NCBI GenBank assembly: GCA_036786375.1
Contig: DAIQRJ010000016.1
Coordinates: forward strand, 3,965 to 67,964
DNA: 64,000 nucleotides
Source of the DNA: Actinopolymorphaceae bacterium
Lineage (GTDB): Bacteria; Actinomycetota; Actinomycetes; Propionibacteriales; DAIQRJ01
Direction: 5' to 3'
The position numbers and the translations under genes were made by a program. The stretch's first letter is position 1, and every line of letters starts with the position of its first letter. Positions 1 through 11,146 of the stretch are shown piece by piece. The notes beneath the pieces are model-generated. The model did no database searches. It saw only the letters and a list, made by a program, of their open reading frames with translations, and had not been told where the DNA came from.

Positions 1-1
1 G

Positions 2-106
2 GCCGAGAAGGACCGTGCGAACATGACCGTCGATGAAGCCGAGGCCGTGCTGTCGCGATTGCCGCAGGACGAATACGCGTCTCCGTTCGTCGGCGCCAAC
101 GCCTGA
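2..106 (+). CDS. 3' end of an unidentified CDS entering from upstream of the window
   Basis: Frame open from the window edge: ...AEKDRANMTVDEAEAVLSRLPQDEYASPFVGANA, TGA at 104-106. Third codon positions mostly G/C. Family not recognised. Confidence 0.35.
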   Translation, partial: AEKDRANMTVDEAEAVLSRLPQDEYASPFVGANA

Positions 107-128
107 CCCGATTTCCTGCGCCGCTCGC

Positions 129-2249
129 TCACAGGTCGAGCGAGCGGCGCAGGAAATCCACCTGCAGGAGCAGGAGATTCTCGGCCACGACCTCGTTGTC
201 GGCCATGTGCGTCATGCCCGAGAGCGGGAGCACCTCGTGCGGCCGGCCGGCCGCGAGCAGCGCGCTCGAGAGCTGAAGCGTGTGCGCCATCACGACGTTG
301 TCGTCGGCCAGTCCGTGGATCAACATCAGCGGCCGCGTGAGCCCGGATGCCAATGACAGAAGGCCGTTGCGGTCGTACTCGTCGCCAGCCTGATCGGGAT
401 GGCCCAGGTAGCGCTCGGTGTAGGCGGTGTCGTAGAGCCTCCACTCGGTGACCGGCGCGCCCGCGATCGCGGCACCGAACACGTCCGGCCTCGCCAGCAC
501 GCCGAGAGCGGCGATGTAGCCGCCGAACGACCAGCCGCGGATGCCCACCTTCGTCGCGTCGACATCATCGGGATGACGGTCCGCGACGGCGTGCAGGACC
601 TCGACCTGATCCTCGATGGTGCCGATGAAGTCGTTGTGGGCAAGGCGATCCCAGGCCGGGCCCCGGCCGGCCATCCCGCGCCCGTCCGCGACGATGACGA
701 TGAATCCCTGGTCGGCGAACCACTGCGACGACAGGTAGGCGAGCGCGGAGTTCGTGACGCGTCGCGCGTGCGGCCCGCCGTAGGGGTCCATCAGCACCGG
801 CAGCTTCTTCGAACCGGGGCGATGGTCGGACGGGAACAGCACCGACGTCGGGTAGTCCCTCGATCCGCATACGAACGAGATCACCTTCGGCATGATCGTG
901 GGCGCGTCGGCGTTCGAGGCGATCGTCCCGACCGGCATGCCGCCGGTGCGCACGACGGTCGACACCACCGGCTCGTCCAGCACCCGTTGGGACACGACGA
1001 TCGTGTGTCCGGCGGATGCGCCGATCGCGACCCCGCCCGGCTCGCTGCGCAGTTCGACGCTTCCGTCGAAGCCCAACCGGGCAAGGGCGCTCGAGCCGAT
1101 CATCGGCACCACCGAGGCCACCACACCGGTCGCATCGGCGGACTGCACCGACTGCACCTGCAGCCCGGGCGGGGTGAACGGCTCCCCGTCCAGCGCCAGG
1201 TGCGTCGTCTGGCCGAGGTCGAGGCCGTGCAGCAGCCGGCCGTCCGGCAGCACGCGCGGCGTGCCCGGCAACAGCTCGATCCAGGTGTCGTCGGTGAGCG
1301 CGCGCAGCAGCGTCGTCCTCCCGGACGCGACGTCGACCGTACGGATCTCGAGCCGCTTCTGATCCCGTGTGAGCAGCGCCAGCAACAGCGATCCCGGCGC
1401 CCATGTCACCTCGGCGAGGTACTCCAGCGTGACGCCGTCGAGCGCACGGTCCGAGGCCCAGTCCAGCTCCACCCAGCTGCCGTCAGGCGCGACGAGCCAC
1501 AGCGACACCAGCGCATTCGCCTTGCCCGCCTGGGGATACCGCATCCGCCGCGGCTCGGTCGTCGGGTGCGCAGGGTCGGCCACGTACACGATCGGCACCG
1601 GCGTCTCGTCGTACCGCTCGACCAGCAGGGATTCACCGTCGGGGGCCCACCAGAATCCGCGGGACCGGCTCAGCTCCTCCGCGGCGGCGAACTCGGCGAG
1701 TCCCCAGACGACCTCGCCCGGGTCGGTGTCCGCCGGTCCGACGATCCGGTCGTCGGTACCGCCGGCGATGTCGCACACATGCACGCCGCGGCCGTCGGCG
1801 TAGGCCACCCGGTGGCCGGTCGGGTCGAGCCGAGGATCGATCACCGGTGCCGTCACCGGCAGTTCCCGGGCCGGGTCGCTCCCGACGAGGTCGACCAGGA
1901 ACAGCCGCGAGGACAGGGCGAAGACCGCAAGCGACACCGCGTCGTCGGTGCCGTAGGCCACGACTCCGGCGGTCCCCACCCGCATCCGCTCGCGCCGGGC
2001 TCGCTCCTCGGCGGTCAGCTCCTCCGACCCCCCGGTGAGCAGCACGGAGGCGTCGGCCACACACCGCTCCGCGCCCGTTGCGATGTCGTACACCCACAGC
2101 GAATGCGCGCGTGACGTCGGCGAATCGGTGCGCAGGAAGACGATCCGGCCGCCGTCGGGACTCACGGTGAAGCCCCGGGGGAGGCCGAGCTGGAAGTTCA
2201 TCGTGCGCGCGGACAGTCGTGGGAAGGAGAGTTCGGTCACGGGCGCCAT
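129..2249 (-). CDS. S9 family serine peptidase (prolyl oligopeptidase / dipeptidyl-peptidase type)
   Basis: ORF 129..2384. N-terminal beta-propeller-like region plus C-terminal alpha/beta hydrolase with GWSFGGY nucleophile motif. Start moved to ATG at 2249 (MAPVTELSF...) because the longer form overlaps divergent mshB. Confidence 0.88.
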   Translation of the reverse strand: MAPVTELSFPRLSARTMNFQLGLPRGFTVSPDGGRIVFLRTDSPTSRAHSLWVYDIATGAERCVADASVLLTGGSEELTAEERARRERMRVGTAGVVAYGTDDAVSLAVFALSSRLFLVDLVGSDPARELPVTAPVIDPRLDPTGHRVAYADGRGVHVCDIAGGTDDRIVGPADTDPGEVVWGLAEFAAAEELSRSRGFWWAPDGESLLVERYDETPVPIVYVADPAHPTTEPRRMRYPQAGKANALVSLWLVAPDGSWVELDWASDRALDGVTLEYLAEVTWAPGSLLLALLTRDQKRLEIRTVDVASGRTTLLRALTDDTWIELLPGTPRVLPDGRLLHGLDLGQTTHLALDGEPFTPPGLQVQSVQSADATGVVASVVPMIGSSALARLGFDGSVELRSEPGGVAIGASAGHTIVVSQRVLDEPVVSTVVRTGGMPVGTIASNADAPTIMPKVISFVCGSRDYPTSVLFPSDHRPGSKKLPVLMDPYGGPHARRVTNSALAYLSSQWFADQGFIVIVADGRGMAGRGPAWDRLAHNDFIGTIEDQVEVLHAVADRHPDDVDATKVGIRGWSFGGYIAALGVLARPDVFGAAIAGAPVTEWRLYDTAYTERYLGHPDQAGDEYDRNGLLSLASGLTRPLMLIHGLADDNVVMAHTLQLSSALLAAGRPHEVLPLSGMTHMADNEVVAENLLLLQVDFLRRSLDL

Positions 2250-2316
2250 CCTGACACTCCCCGGTCGAGGTCGCCGCCGATCGGCCGGGCGGCGGCGCTG
2301 ACTAGGGTTGTGTCCC

Positions 2317-3210
2317 ATGCCTTCGCGTTCCATCGTCTTCGTGCACGCCCACCCCGACGACGAGTCGATCAACAACGGCGCCACGATGGCCCGTTACGTC
2401 GCCGGCGGCGTGCGCGTCACGCTCGTCACCTGCACCCGAGGCGACGAGGGCGAGGTGATCCCGCCGGACCTCGCGCACCTTTCCAGCGACCGTGAGGACG
2501 ACCTCGGCTCGCACCGGATCGGCGAGCTGTCGGCGGCCATGTCCGCCGTCGGCGTCACCGATCACCGGTGGCTCGGCAGCGAGGGCCGGTACCGCGACTC
2601 CGGGATGATGGGCACGAGCCCGAACACCGCACCCGGCGCGTTCTGGTCCGCCGATCTCGGCGAGGCCGCCGACCACCTCGTCGGCGTGCTACGTGAGATC
2701 CGGCCACAGGTGCTGGTCACCTACGACGACCACGGCGGCTACGGCCACCCCGACCACATCCAGGCGCATCGGGTCACCACCTACGCGGCCGCGCTCGCCG
2801 CCGTCCCGAGCTACCGGACCGATCTCGGCGCGGCCTGGGACGTGGCGAAGATCTACTGGAACGCGTTCACCGCGTCCGACGTGGACGAGCAGACCCGCCG
2901 GCTCGTCGCGGCCGAGGCCGCGGGTGAGCTCCCCGACGGTGTCGAGCTCCCCGACTTCGAGAGCTACATCGCACACCGCACCTGCCCGGACGACGCGATC
3001 GCGGCGCGGATCGACGGCACCGCGGTCCTCGACCAGAAAAAGGCCGCGATGGCCGCCCACGTCACCCAGATCAGGGTCCACGGCGACCTCTACGCACTGT
3101 CGAACAACTTGGGCGCACTCGTGCTGCCGATCGAGTCCTACCGTCTTGCCAAGGGGCGTTCCGGGGCGCCGGATGGTCTGGAGGACGACCTCTTTGCCGG
3201 CCTCGACTGA
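2317..3210 (+). CDS. mshB: N-acetyl-1-D-myo-inositol-2-amino-2-deoxy-alpha-D-glucopyranoside deacetylase (mycothiol biosynthesis, LmbE family)
   Basis: MPSRSIVFVHAHPDDESINNGATMARY... LmbE AHPDDE motif; length and sequence typical of MshB. ATG 2317 lies 8 nt after TAGGGT (2303-2308). Confidence 0.9.
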   Translation: MPSRSIVFVHAHPDDESINNGATMARYVAGGVRVTLVTCTRGDEGEVIPPDLAHLSSDREDDLGSHRIGELSAAMSAVGVTDHRWLGSEGRYRDSGMMGTSPNTAPGAFWSADLGEAADHLVGVLREIRPQVLVTYDDHGGYGHPDHIQAHRVTTYAAALAAVPSYRTDLGAAWDVAKIYWNAFTASDVDEQTRRLVAAEAAGELPDGVELPDFESYIAHRTCPDDAIAARIDGTAVLDQKKAAMAAHVTQIRVHGDLYALSNNLGALVLPIESYRLAKGRSGAPDGLEDDLFAGLD

Positions 3211-3613
3211 GCCTCGCCCCGTTCCGTCGGCTGCACGGCCCCGCGCCGCGCTCGGACGGGCCGTCACCGTCCGCGCCGGCCTCGTCGTGGCAGGCGTGCT
3301 CACCGCTGTCGCGGGCACCCTGGTTGCCCGCGCGAGCGCTGTCGTCGGGTCGACGCTGGTGCCGTGGGGCCTGATCCTCACTCTCGTGACGACGCTCGCA
3401 GTCGCGCGGGCCGGCGCGGCGCTGTCAGGTTTCGGCGGGTCGGTGGCGATCGGCGCCGGCTGGTTCGTGACGGTCGCGACGTTCGTGCTGGTGAGCCCTG
3501 GCGGAGATCAGCTGATCGGCTCCGACTGGACCGGCCTAGGCTTCATGGGCCTCGGGGTGGTCGTCGTCGGTGCCGTCGTCATCCGCGAGATGGCCCGGCC
3601 GCTGCGCCGCTGA
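3173..3613 (+). CDS. small multi-pass membrane protein (DUF6113-like) downstream of mshB
   Basis: C-terminal part of track ORF 2693..3613 is hydrophobic (LVVAGVLTAVAGTLVA..., WGLILTLVTTLAV..., GWFVTVATFVLV..., FMGLGVVVVGAVVI). Start uncertain: ATG 3173 or TTG 3194, both overlapping the mshB 3' end. Confidence 0.55.
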   Translation: MVWRTTSLPASTEPRPVPSAARPRAALGRAVTVRAGLVVAGVLTAVAGTLVARASAVVGSTLVPWGLILTLVTTLAVARAGAALSGFGGSVAIGAGWFVTVATFVLVSPGGDQLIGSDWTGLGFMGLGVVVVGAVVIREMARPLRR

Positions 3614-4505
3614 CCACCGGGCCCGCGCCCGGGTTGTCGTCGTCCGCGTTCGGGACCGGCGTCGCGGCCATCACCCAGCGCAGCGAGCGGACCGCCGTCG
3701 ATCCCGCGAGCCGGACCACGGTCGCTTCGGTGAGCGGGAGGTGCGGGAGCCGCAGCGGCGCGCGGGACCAGCGGGGGAGCAGGCCGATCGCCGCGGCCGC
3801 CAGTACCGCGTACGGCGCCCGGATCAGGGCCGGCACCGGCGGCCGGACGAGGACGAACCGCGCAGCCTCGCGGGCCGCGTCGGTACACGCGAGTTCGGGC
3901 CGGTACGCCTCGATGGCCTGGGCGAGTTCGGCCGTCGTCGTCGGCACGTCGACCGCGCCGAGGCCGAGCGCGACCCGCGACGCCTGGGCCACGTAGGTGT
4001 CGGCCTCCGACGGAGTCAGCGGGACCGCGCCGTAGCGCTGGTGCGCGGCCAGGAAGCTGTCGATCTCGGCGACGTGCACCCAGCGGAGGAGATGCGGGTC
4101 GTCGGCCCTGTAGGGGCGTCCGTCCGGGGCGGTGCCGGTGATGTAGCGGTGGACCGCGCGAACGATGTCGATGGCCTGCTGCGCGTCGGTGGCCGTCCCG
4201 AACGTCGTCGTCGCCAGGAAGGCGCTGGTGCGGGCGAGGCGCCCCCACGGGTCGCCCTTGTAGCCGGAGTGGTCGTCGACGGCGGCCATCGCGAGCGGGT
4301 GCAGCGATTGCAGGAGCAGGGCGCGGATGCCGCCGACGTACATCGACGCGTCACCGTGCACGCGCCGGATCGGCGAACCGGGCTCGAACCAGCGCGGCCC
4401 GGGCGTTCCGTGGATGCGCTCGCGCGTCGCCGGGCCCTTGGGGCCGGCGACGAGGTCGAAGACGAGACGTTGGACGTGCGAGCGGGCAACCGCGACGGGA
4501 GTCAC
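3579..4505 (-). CDS. oxygenase MpaB family protein (DUF2236)
   Basis: 308 aa. ...IRRVHGDASMYVGGIRALLLQSLHPLAMAAVDDHSGYKGDPWGRLARTSAFL... is typical of DUF2236/MpaB. GTG start at 4505. Confidence 0.8.
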   Translation of the reverse strand: MTPVAVARSHVQRLVFDLVAGPKGPATRERIHGTPGPRWFEPGSPIRRVHGDASMYVGGIRALLLQSLHPLAMAAVDDHSGYKGDPWGRLARTSAFLATTTFGTATDAQQAIDIVRAVHRYITGTAPDGRPYRADDPHLLRWVHVAEIDSFLAAHQRYGAVPLTPSEADTYVAQASRVALGLGAVDVPTTTAELAQAIEAYRPELACTDAAREAARFVLVRPPVPALIRAPYAVLAAAAIGLLPRWSRAPLRLPHLPLTEATVVRLAGSTAVRSLRWVMAATPVPNADDDNPGAGPVVSGAAAGPSRG

Positions 4506-4561
4506 CCGTCGATTCTGCCCGGCGGGTGGTGACCGCGGGCAGACCGATAGCGTGCGACGCC

Positions 4562-5074
4562 ATGGGATCCGTCACCGTCGAGGTCTACCGGCACGCCATG
4601 AGCCATCTCGGCGGTGGGGTCTGCCTCGTCACGTGCCGCGCGAACGGTATCGACCACGCCATGACGGCGACCGCAGTGATCGCGGTATCGCTGACGCCGC
4701 CGCTGCTGCTCGTTAGCGTCGATCGCCGCGCGCGCTTCCATGCCGCGCTCGAGGCCGCCGACGATCTCGCGGTCACGTTCATGGCCGCCCACCAGGTCGA
4801 GCTTGCCCGTCACTTCGCCCGGAGCGGGCGCGACCTCGCGACCCAGTTCGACGGTGTCGCGACGCGACGCCTCGACAACGGCTGCCTGATCCTGCCCGAT
4901 GCGCTCACCGGCGTCGGGGCGCACATCGAATCCCTTCTCCCCGGCGGGGACCACACGCTGATCCTGGCGGAGCTGACCGAGGTGGCCGCCGGTACGGCGC
5001 CGGCGTCGGCGGGACCTCTCGTGCACTTCAGCAGCGGGTTCCACGCACTCCTGGACGGGCACCGGCAGGCCTGA
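4562..5074 (+). CDS. flavin reductase family protein (FMN-binding split barrel)
   Basis: MGSVTVEVYRHAMSHLGGGVCLVTCRANGIDHAMTATAVIAVSLTPPLLLVSV... is the flavin reductase domain pattern. ATG 4562 chosen inside track ORF 4526..5074. Confidence 0.8.
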   Translation: MGSVTVEVYRHAMSHLGGGVCLVTCRANGIDHAMTATAVIAVSLTPPLLLVSVDRRARFHAALEAADDLAVTFMAAHQVELARHFARSGRDLATQFDGVATRRLDNGCLILPDALTGVGAHIESLLPGGDHTLILAELTEVAAGTAPASAGPLVHFSSGFHALLDGHRQA

Positions 5075-5150
5075 GACGTTCGTTTAGAATGGGCGGCGTT
5101 CGTCCACCGGCCAGACGACGTGACGGCCCGACCACAGACACGAGGACCCG

Positions 5151-6911
5151 TTGTCAGCCGAGAATCCCGAGACGCCCGAGCGATCGCCACAGTCCCTGAC
5201 GCGACCGGCGAAGTCCAGACGCCCCCGCCGGCAGCTCATGATCGGTGCGGGCGCGGCCGTCGTCGTACTGGCCACCGTCTACGTCATCGCCGCGTTCGCC
5301 ACGGCCGGCCGGCTTCCGCGTGAGGCGAGCGTCGCCGGCGTCGACGTCGGCGGCAAGACTCCGGCCGCGGCTCGGACGCTCACCGTCGCGGCCTTCGCCG
5401 AGCGCCTCAACGCACCGGTCCACCTCAGCGCCGGCACGGCGACGCTCGACACGACGCTGGCGCAGGCCGGTGTGGGCTTCGACGCCGGCGCGACGCTGAG
5501 CCGCAGCGGCCGGCTGTTCGATCCGGCTCGGATCGGCCACGTCATCTTCGGTCACGACGAGATCGAGCCCGCCTTCGTCCTCGACTCCCGCGTTCTCGAC
5601 GCCACGCTCGCGCCACTGGCCGTTCGCGCGGAGGTCGAGCCGGTCGACGGCGGCGTCACATTCGCTCACGGCAAGGTGGTGACGAAACGGGCCGTCACCG
5701 GGCACACGCTCGACACTGCCGGGTCCGGCTCGGCGCTGCTCGCCGCGGTGACGGCGACGGGTGCCCGGCTCGACAGGCCATTGGCGCTCCCGAGGATCGA
5801 CCGGCTGCCCACGATCACCCAGGCGGCCGTCGACCGTGCGGTCGAGGACTTCGCTGCGCCGGCCGTGTCTGCGTCCGTGCGCGTGAACGTGGGACCGACG
5901 TCGTTCCGCGCACAGCCGTCGACGTTCGCGCGTGCGCTGTCGATGCGTCCATCCGGCGGTGAGCTGCGGCCGGTCGTCGATGCGAGCGCCCTGCGCGCGA
6001 TACTGGCGGCTCCGCTGGCGAAGGCCGAGACGACGCCGACGTCGGCGAGAATCGTGATCAGGGACGGAAAGCCGGTGATCGTCGGCGGCGAGGACGGTCT
6101 CCGTGCTCCGACCGAGAAGCTCGCATCCGCGCTGATGAGCGCGCTGCCGAAATCGGGCGCCGACCGGGTCGCCAGGGTCGACGTGGTGACGACGCCGACG
6201 GCGCACGGCCGCGCGCCACTGGCGAAGCTCGGCGTGACGGAGACGGTCGGGTCGTTCACGACGAAGTATCCCTACGCCGCTTACCGGAACCAGAACATCG
6301 GTCGCGCCGCGGAACTGGTGAACGGGACGCTGCTCGCGCCGGGGGAGACGTTCAGCCTCAATGGCATCGTCGGTGAGCGGACCGAGGCCAACGGCTTCAC
6401 CACCGGGTTCGTCATCCAGGACGGGCGGCTGCGGCAGGATCTCGGCGGGGGAGTGTCACAGCTCGCGACGACGCTCTACAACGCTGCGTTCTTCGCCGGG
6501 CTTCAGGACGTCGAGCACCGGACGCACGCGTTCTACATCGACCGCTATCCGCCCGGTCGGGAAGCGACCGTGTACTGGGGGTCGATCGACCTGAGGTTCC
6601 GGAACAACACGCCGTACGGCGTGTACGTCCAGACGCACGTGGCGAAGGGTGCGCCGGGCAGGAGCGGGGTGGTGACCGTGACGCTGTGGGGCACGAAGTA
6701 CTGGCAGGTGACGACGACCACGTCGGATCGGCACGGTTTCCGGGCGCCGGTGCGCATCGTCGATCCGGGGTCCAAGTGCGTGCCCCAGGTGGGCACGGCC
6801 GGCTTCGACGTCGACATCACGCGGCGGATCTCGCGGAACGGCAAGCTCGTGAAGACCGAGCGCTACACCACGAGCTACGCGGCCGAGGACGCGATCGCCT
6901 GCACCGGCTGA
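5151..6911 (+). CDS. VanW family protein (membrane-anchored)
   Basis: 586 aa. N-terminal TM helix (IGAGAAVVVLATVYVIAAF). C-terminal VanW region ...GGGVSQLATTLYNAAFFAGLQDVEHRTHAFYIDRYPPGREATVYW... Confidence 0.85.
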   Translation: MSAENPETPERSPQSLTRPAKSRRPRRQLMIGAGAAVVVLATVYVIAAFATAGRLPREASVAGVDVGGKTPAAARTLTVAAFAERLNAPVHLSAGTATLDTTLAQAGVGFDAGATLSRSGRLFDPARIGHVIFGHDEIEPAFVLDSRVLDATLAPLAVRAEVEPVDGGVTFAHGKVVTKRAVTGHTLDTAGSGSALLAAVTATGARLDRPLALPRIDRLPTITQAAVDRAVEDFAAPAVSASVRVNVGPTSFRAQPSTFARALSMRPSGGELRPVVDASALRAILAAPLAKAETTPTSARIVIRDGKPVIVGGEDGLRAPTEKLASALMSALPKSGADRVARVDVVTTPTAHGRAPLAKLGVTETVGSFTTKYPYAAYRNQNIGRAAELVNGTLLAPGETFSLNGIVGERTEANGFTTGFVIQDGRLRQDLGGGVSQLATTLYNAAFFAGLQDVEHRTHAFYIDRYPPGREATVYWGSIDLRFRNNTPYGVYVQTHVAKGAPGRSGVVTVTLWGTKYWQVTTTTSDRHGFRAPVRIVDPGSKCVPQVGTAGFDVDITRRISRNGKLVKTERYTTSYAAEDAIACTG

Positions 6912-7047
6912 CCAGCCTCGACGACGTTGTTGGTCGGGTCGGCGGAACACTCGACGACCCCGTTCGCCCGGGGTCGAACACCTGGCGCAGGGGTCGAGGG
7001 GCCGCGCGTCGGGGCTGTTTGTGCTCGGCAGAGGCTCGACGGAAGGC

Positions 7048-7290
7048 TCAGGTCGTTCGTGGCGGGCGTCGTGGCGGGGCGTCGGGGACCGGTTTCGCGA
7101 GGAACACGTCGGTCACCGCGATCCTCACCAGCTCACCCCGCCGGTCCCGCACAGCCAGGCTCTCCTCGTCGAAGGATTCGAGCACGCCGACCACGTCGGT
7201 CAACCGCGGACCACCGTCGTCGGGACGCCGGTATCGCACCACGATCCGGGCCCCGACGTGTGCCGGCGTGAGCCTGCCCACAAACGCCAT
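7048..7290 (-). CDS. small conserved hypothetical protein (SH3-like, resembles the N-terminal domain of Rv0428c-type acetyltransferases)
   Basis: MAFVGRLTPAHVGARIVVRYRRPDDGGPRLTDVVGVLESFDEESLAVRDRRGELVRIAVTDVFLAKPVP. ATG 7290 is preceded by GAGGGG 7 nt upstream. Family assignment is from memory only. Confidence 0.5.
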   Translation of the reverse strand: MAFVGRLTPAHVGARIVVRYRRPDDGGPRLTDVVGVLESFDEESLAVRDRRGELVRIAVTDVFLAKPVPDAPPRRPPRTT

Positions 7291-7425
7291 CGGCCGACCC
7301 CTCACGCATGTGCGTTACCCGACTCCGGGATACTAGGTTGTCGATGATCGGTCCGTCCTCGTCATCTGATCTCACGCCTCTGATCCCTGATGTGCGAGTT
7401 GACCGCGCTGCATGAAGGAGTGCCC

Positions 7426-7752
7426 ATGACCTACGTGATAGCTGAGCCCTGCGTGGACCTCAAGGACCGCGCGTGCGTCGACGAATGTCCGGTCGACTGC
7501 ATCTACGAAGGCAACCGGATGCTCTACATCCACCCGGACGAGTGCGTGGATTGCGGGGCGTGCGAGCCGGTCTGCCCGGTCGAGGCGATCTTCTACGAGG
7601 ACGACGTGCCGGAGCAGTGGAAGGACTATTACACCGCGAACGTCGACTTCTTCAACGACCTCGGTTCCCCCGGCGGTGCGGCCAAGCTCGGAGCGGTCGA
7701 CAAGGACCACGAGCTCGTCGCCGCGCTTCCGCCGCAGGAACACAACGAGTGA
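7426..7752 (+). CDS. fdxA: 7Fe ferredoxin
   Basis: [29 protein letters not shown]...[31 protein letters not shown] just upstream of ATG 7426. Confidence 0.95.
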   Translation: MTYVIAEPCVDLKDRACVDECPVDCIYEGNRMLYIHPDECVDCGACEPVCPVEAIFYEDDVPEQWKDYYTANVDFFNDLGSPGGAAKLGAVDKDHELVAALPPQEHNE

Positions 7753-7771
7753 CCTGTTGACGCGAAGCCTG

Positions 7772-8955
7772 ATGAACGGCGCGCCCGACACCGTGCGCCG
7801 CGGCGGATCGCCGCGGCGCACGTTCGGTGTGGCCGGACTGCCCGACTTCCCGTGGGACACGATCGCGGCTGCCAAGGCGACGGCCGACTCGCACCCAGAC
7901 GGGATCGTCGACCTCTCCGTCGGCACCCCTGTCGACCCCACCCCGGCGCTGATCGCCGGCACCCTGGCAGCTAACACGAACGCCCCGGGTTACCCGACCA
8001 CCAGCGGCTCGGTCGAGCTCCGTACCGCCATCGCGGCGTACCTCGCCCGTACCGCGAACTCGATCCGGCTAACCCCCGACCAGGTACTCCCCACGATCGG
8101 CTCCAAGGAGCTCGTCGCATGGCTGCCGACTCTGCTCGGGCTGGGCAGCGCCGACGCGGTCGTCATCCCCGAACTCGCGTACCCGACCTACGCCGTCGGT
8201 GTGCAGCTTGCCGGCGCCGTGCTGGTCACCTCCGACGAGCCCTTCGCCGTGACGGACTGGCCGGTCGATACCCATCCGGCACTCGTCTGGGTGAACTCCC
8301 CGGCCAACCCGAACGGACGCATCGCGACCGTCGCCGAGCTGACGAGGCTCGTGGACTGGGCCCGCGCCAACGATGTCCTCGTCGCGAGCGACGAGTGCTA
8401 CCTGCCGTTCTGCTGGGAACCCGACGTCGAGGCGGTCTCGGTTCTCGATCCCCGCGTCAACGGCGGCTCGACTGACCGCGTCCTCGCGGTCCACTCGCTC
8501 TCGAAGCGCTCGAACCTCGCCGGTTATCGCGCGGGCTTCGTCGCGGGCGACGCGGCGGTCGTCGAGGCACTGCTCGCGGTCCGCAAGCACGCCGGCATGA
8601 TCGTGCCGCAGCCGGTGCAGGCCGCCCTGGCAGCTGCGGTCTCCGACGACGTCCACGCCACCGAGCAGGTCGCCCGCTACCGCGCCCGCCGCGACGTCCT
8701 CGCGCCCGCGCTGCGCAACGCCGGGTTCCGCATCGACGACTCCCAGGGTGCGCTCTACCTCTGGGTCACCCGGGACGAACCGTGCCGCGACACCGTCTCC
8801 CGGCTCGCCGGCCTCGGCATCCTGGCCGCACCCGGGGACTTCTACGGCTCAGCAGGTGACCGGCACGTCCGGATCGCCCTGACCGCCACTGACGAACGCA
8901 TCGCTGCTGCCGCTCGGCGGCTCGACAACAACGCACCAATGAGGTTGGAGGACCT

Positions 8956-8959
<4 letters not shown>
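7772..8959 (+). CDS. dapC: succinyldiaminopimelate transaminase (class I aminotransferase)
   Basis: ...LPDFPWDTIAAAKATADSHPDGIVDLSVGTPVDPTP... is the DapC-type N-terminus. Position next to fdxA as in mycobacteria. ATG 7772 inside track ORF 7676..8959. Confidence 0.85.
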
Positions 8960-10233
<1,274 letters not shown>

Positions 10234-10245
10234 CCCTCAGCCCGC

Positions 10246-10275
10246 GCTGAGAGCCGTCAGCTGACGGCTCTCAGC
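10246..10275. terminator. perfect 30-nt palindrome between convergent genes (candidate bidirectional terminator)
   Basis: gctgagagccgtcag/ctgacggctctcagc (10246-10260 / 10261-10275) are exact reverse complements. The palindrome lies after the gltA stop and overlaps the stop of the minus-strand gene. Confidence 0.5.
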
Positions 10276-11146
10276 TGACGGTGAGTTCGATCGTCACCGA
10301 CCCGGCGGCAGGCTGGCCGTTCTCGGCCTGCCAGCCGTCGGCCCCTTTGGTCCGCGACCACAGCTGACCGTTCGTCCGGACCGACGCGATCGGCGCCTGC
10401 GCCGCGTTGGCGACCGCCCACTGCGCCACCGCCCAGCGGATCTGCCCCCGGTCGGCTGACGCCCCCTGCTTCGCCGGGACCGTTACGACGACGCCGGACG
10501 ACGCGGCGGCGACCTTCACCCGGTCGCCGAAGGAAGCGGCGACGTTCGTCATCACTTGCCCGGGTGTCCATGTCGGCTTCGCGTGCGCGGCCGTGCAGGT
10601 GAACGCCGCCGGCGTCTGGCCGGTCATCGCCGACGCGAGGATGCGCGAACGGGTCTCGTGCTTGGCGTAGGCGTCGCCGTAAGCCGACCGCTGCACCCGC
10701 TGCGCCGCGTCGGTGATCGACAGGTTCTGGTAGTCCGGCACCTTCGCCAGCGCGGTGTAGAACCGCGCGGTCGAGTAGTACGGGTCCATGATCTGCTTCG
10801 TGGTTCCCCAGCCCTGGCTGGGTCGTTGCTGGAACAGCCCGACCGAGTCGCCGTGACCGGAGTCCAGGTTGGCCATACCGCTCTCCTGGAACGCGGTCGC
10901 GAGCGCGATAGTCGCGGCCCGCGGCGGCAGCTTCTGCTTGATCGAGCCGGCCGCGATGATGCTCGCGTAGCGCGCCTGGTCGGGATCGAGCTGGGCCGAC
11001 GATCCGTTCACGACCGCGGTGCAGCCGTCGCCGGCGAAGTAGGCCCGGCCCGAGCGGGTCAGCGCGACGACCGCGCCGACGCCGACGACCAGGCACACGA
11101 GGACCACCAGGAGCGCGAAGCCACGCGAGTGACGACGTGCGTTCAC
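10271..11146 (-). CDS. membrane-anchored secreted protein with a lysozyme-like (SLT-type) ES...GLFQQ motif
   Basis: GTG 11146 overlaps the dapD stop (GTGA). VNARRHSRGFALLVVLVCLVVGVGAVVAL anchor, then ...ALATAFQESGMANLDSGHGDSVGLFQQRPSQGWG... The N-terminal extension in track ORF 10271..11740 is antisense to nothing recognisable and overlaps dapD. Confidence 0.7.
   Translation of the reverse strand: MNARRHSRGFALLVVLVCLVVGVGAVVALTRSGRAYFAGDGCTAVVNGSSAQLDPDQARYASIIAAGSIKQKLPPRAATIALATAFQESGMANLDSGHGDSVGLFQQRPSQGWGTTKQIMDPYYSTARFYTALAKVPDYQNLSITDAAQRVQRSAYGDAYAKHETRSRILASAMTGQTPAAFTCTAAHAKPTWTPGQVMTNVAASFGDRVKVAAASSGVVVTVPAKQGASADRGQIRWAVAQWAVANAAQAPIASVRTNGQLWSRTKGADGWQAENGQPAAGSVTIELTVS

Noticed and set aside
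399-2114. 571-aa plus-strand ORF (and several others) opposite the S9 peptidase
   Set aside because: It is antisense to a gene with a clear GxSxGG hydrolase signature, and its composition is dominated by R, G, P, D and H with no motifs.
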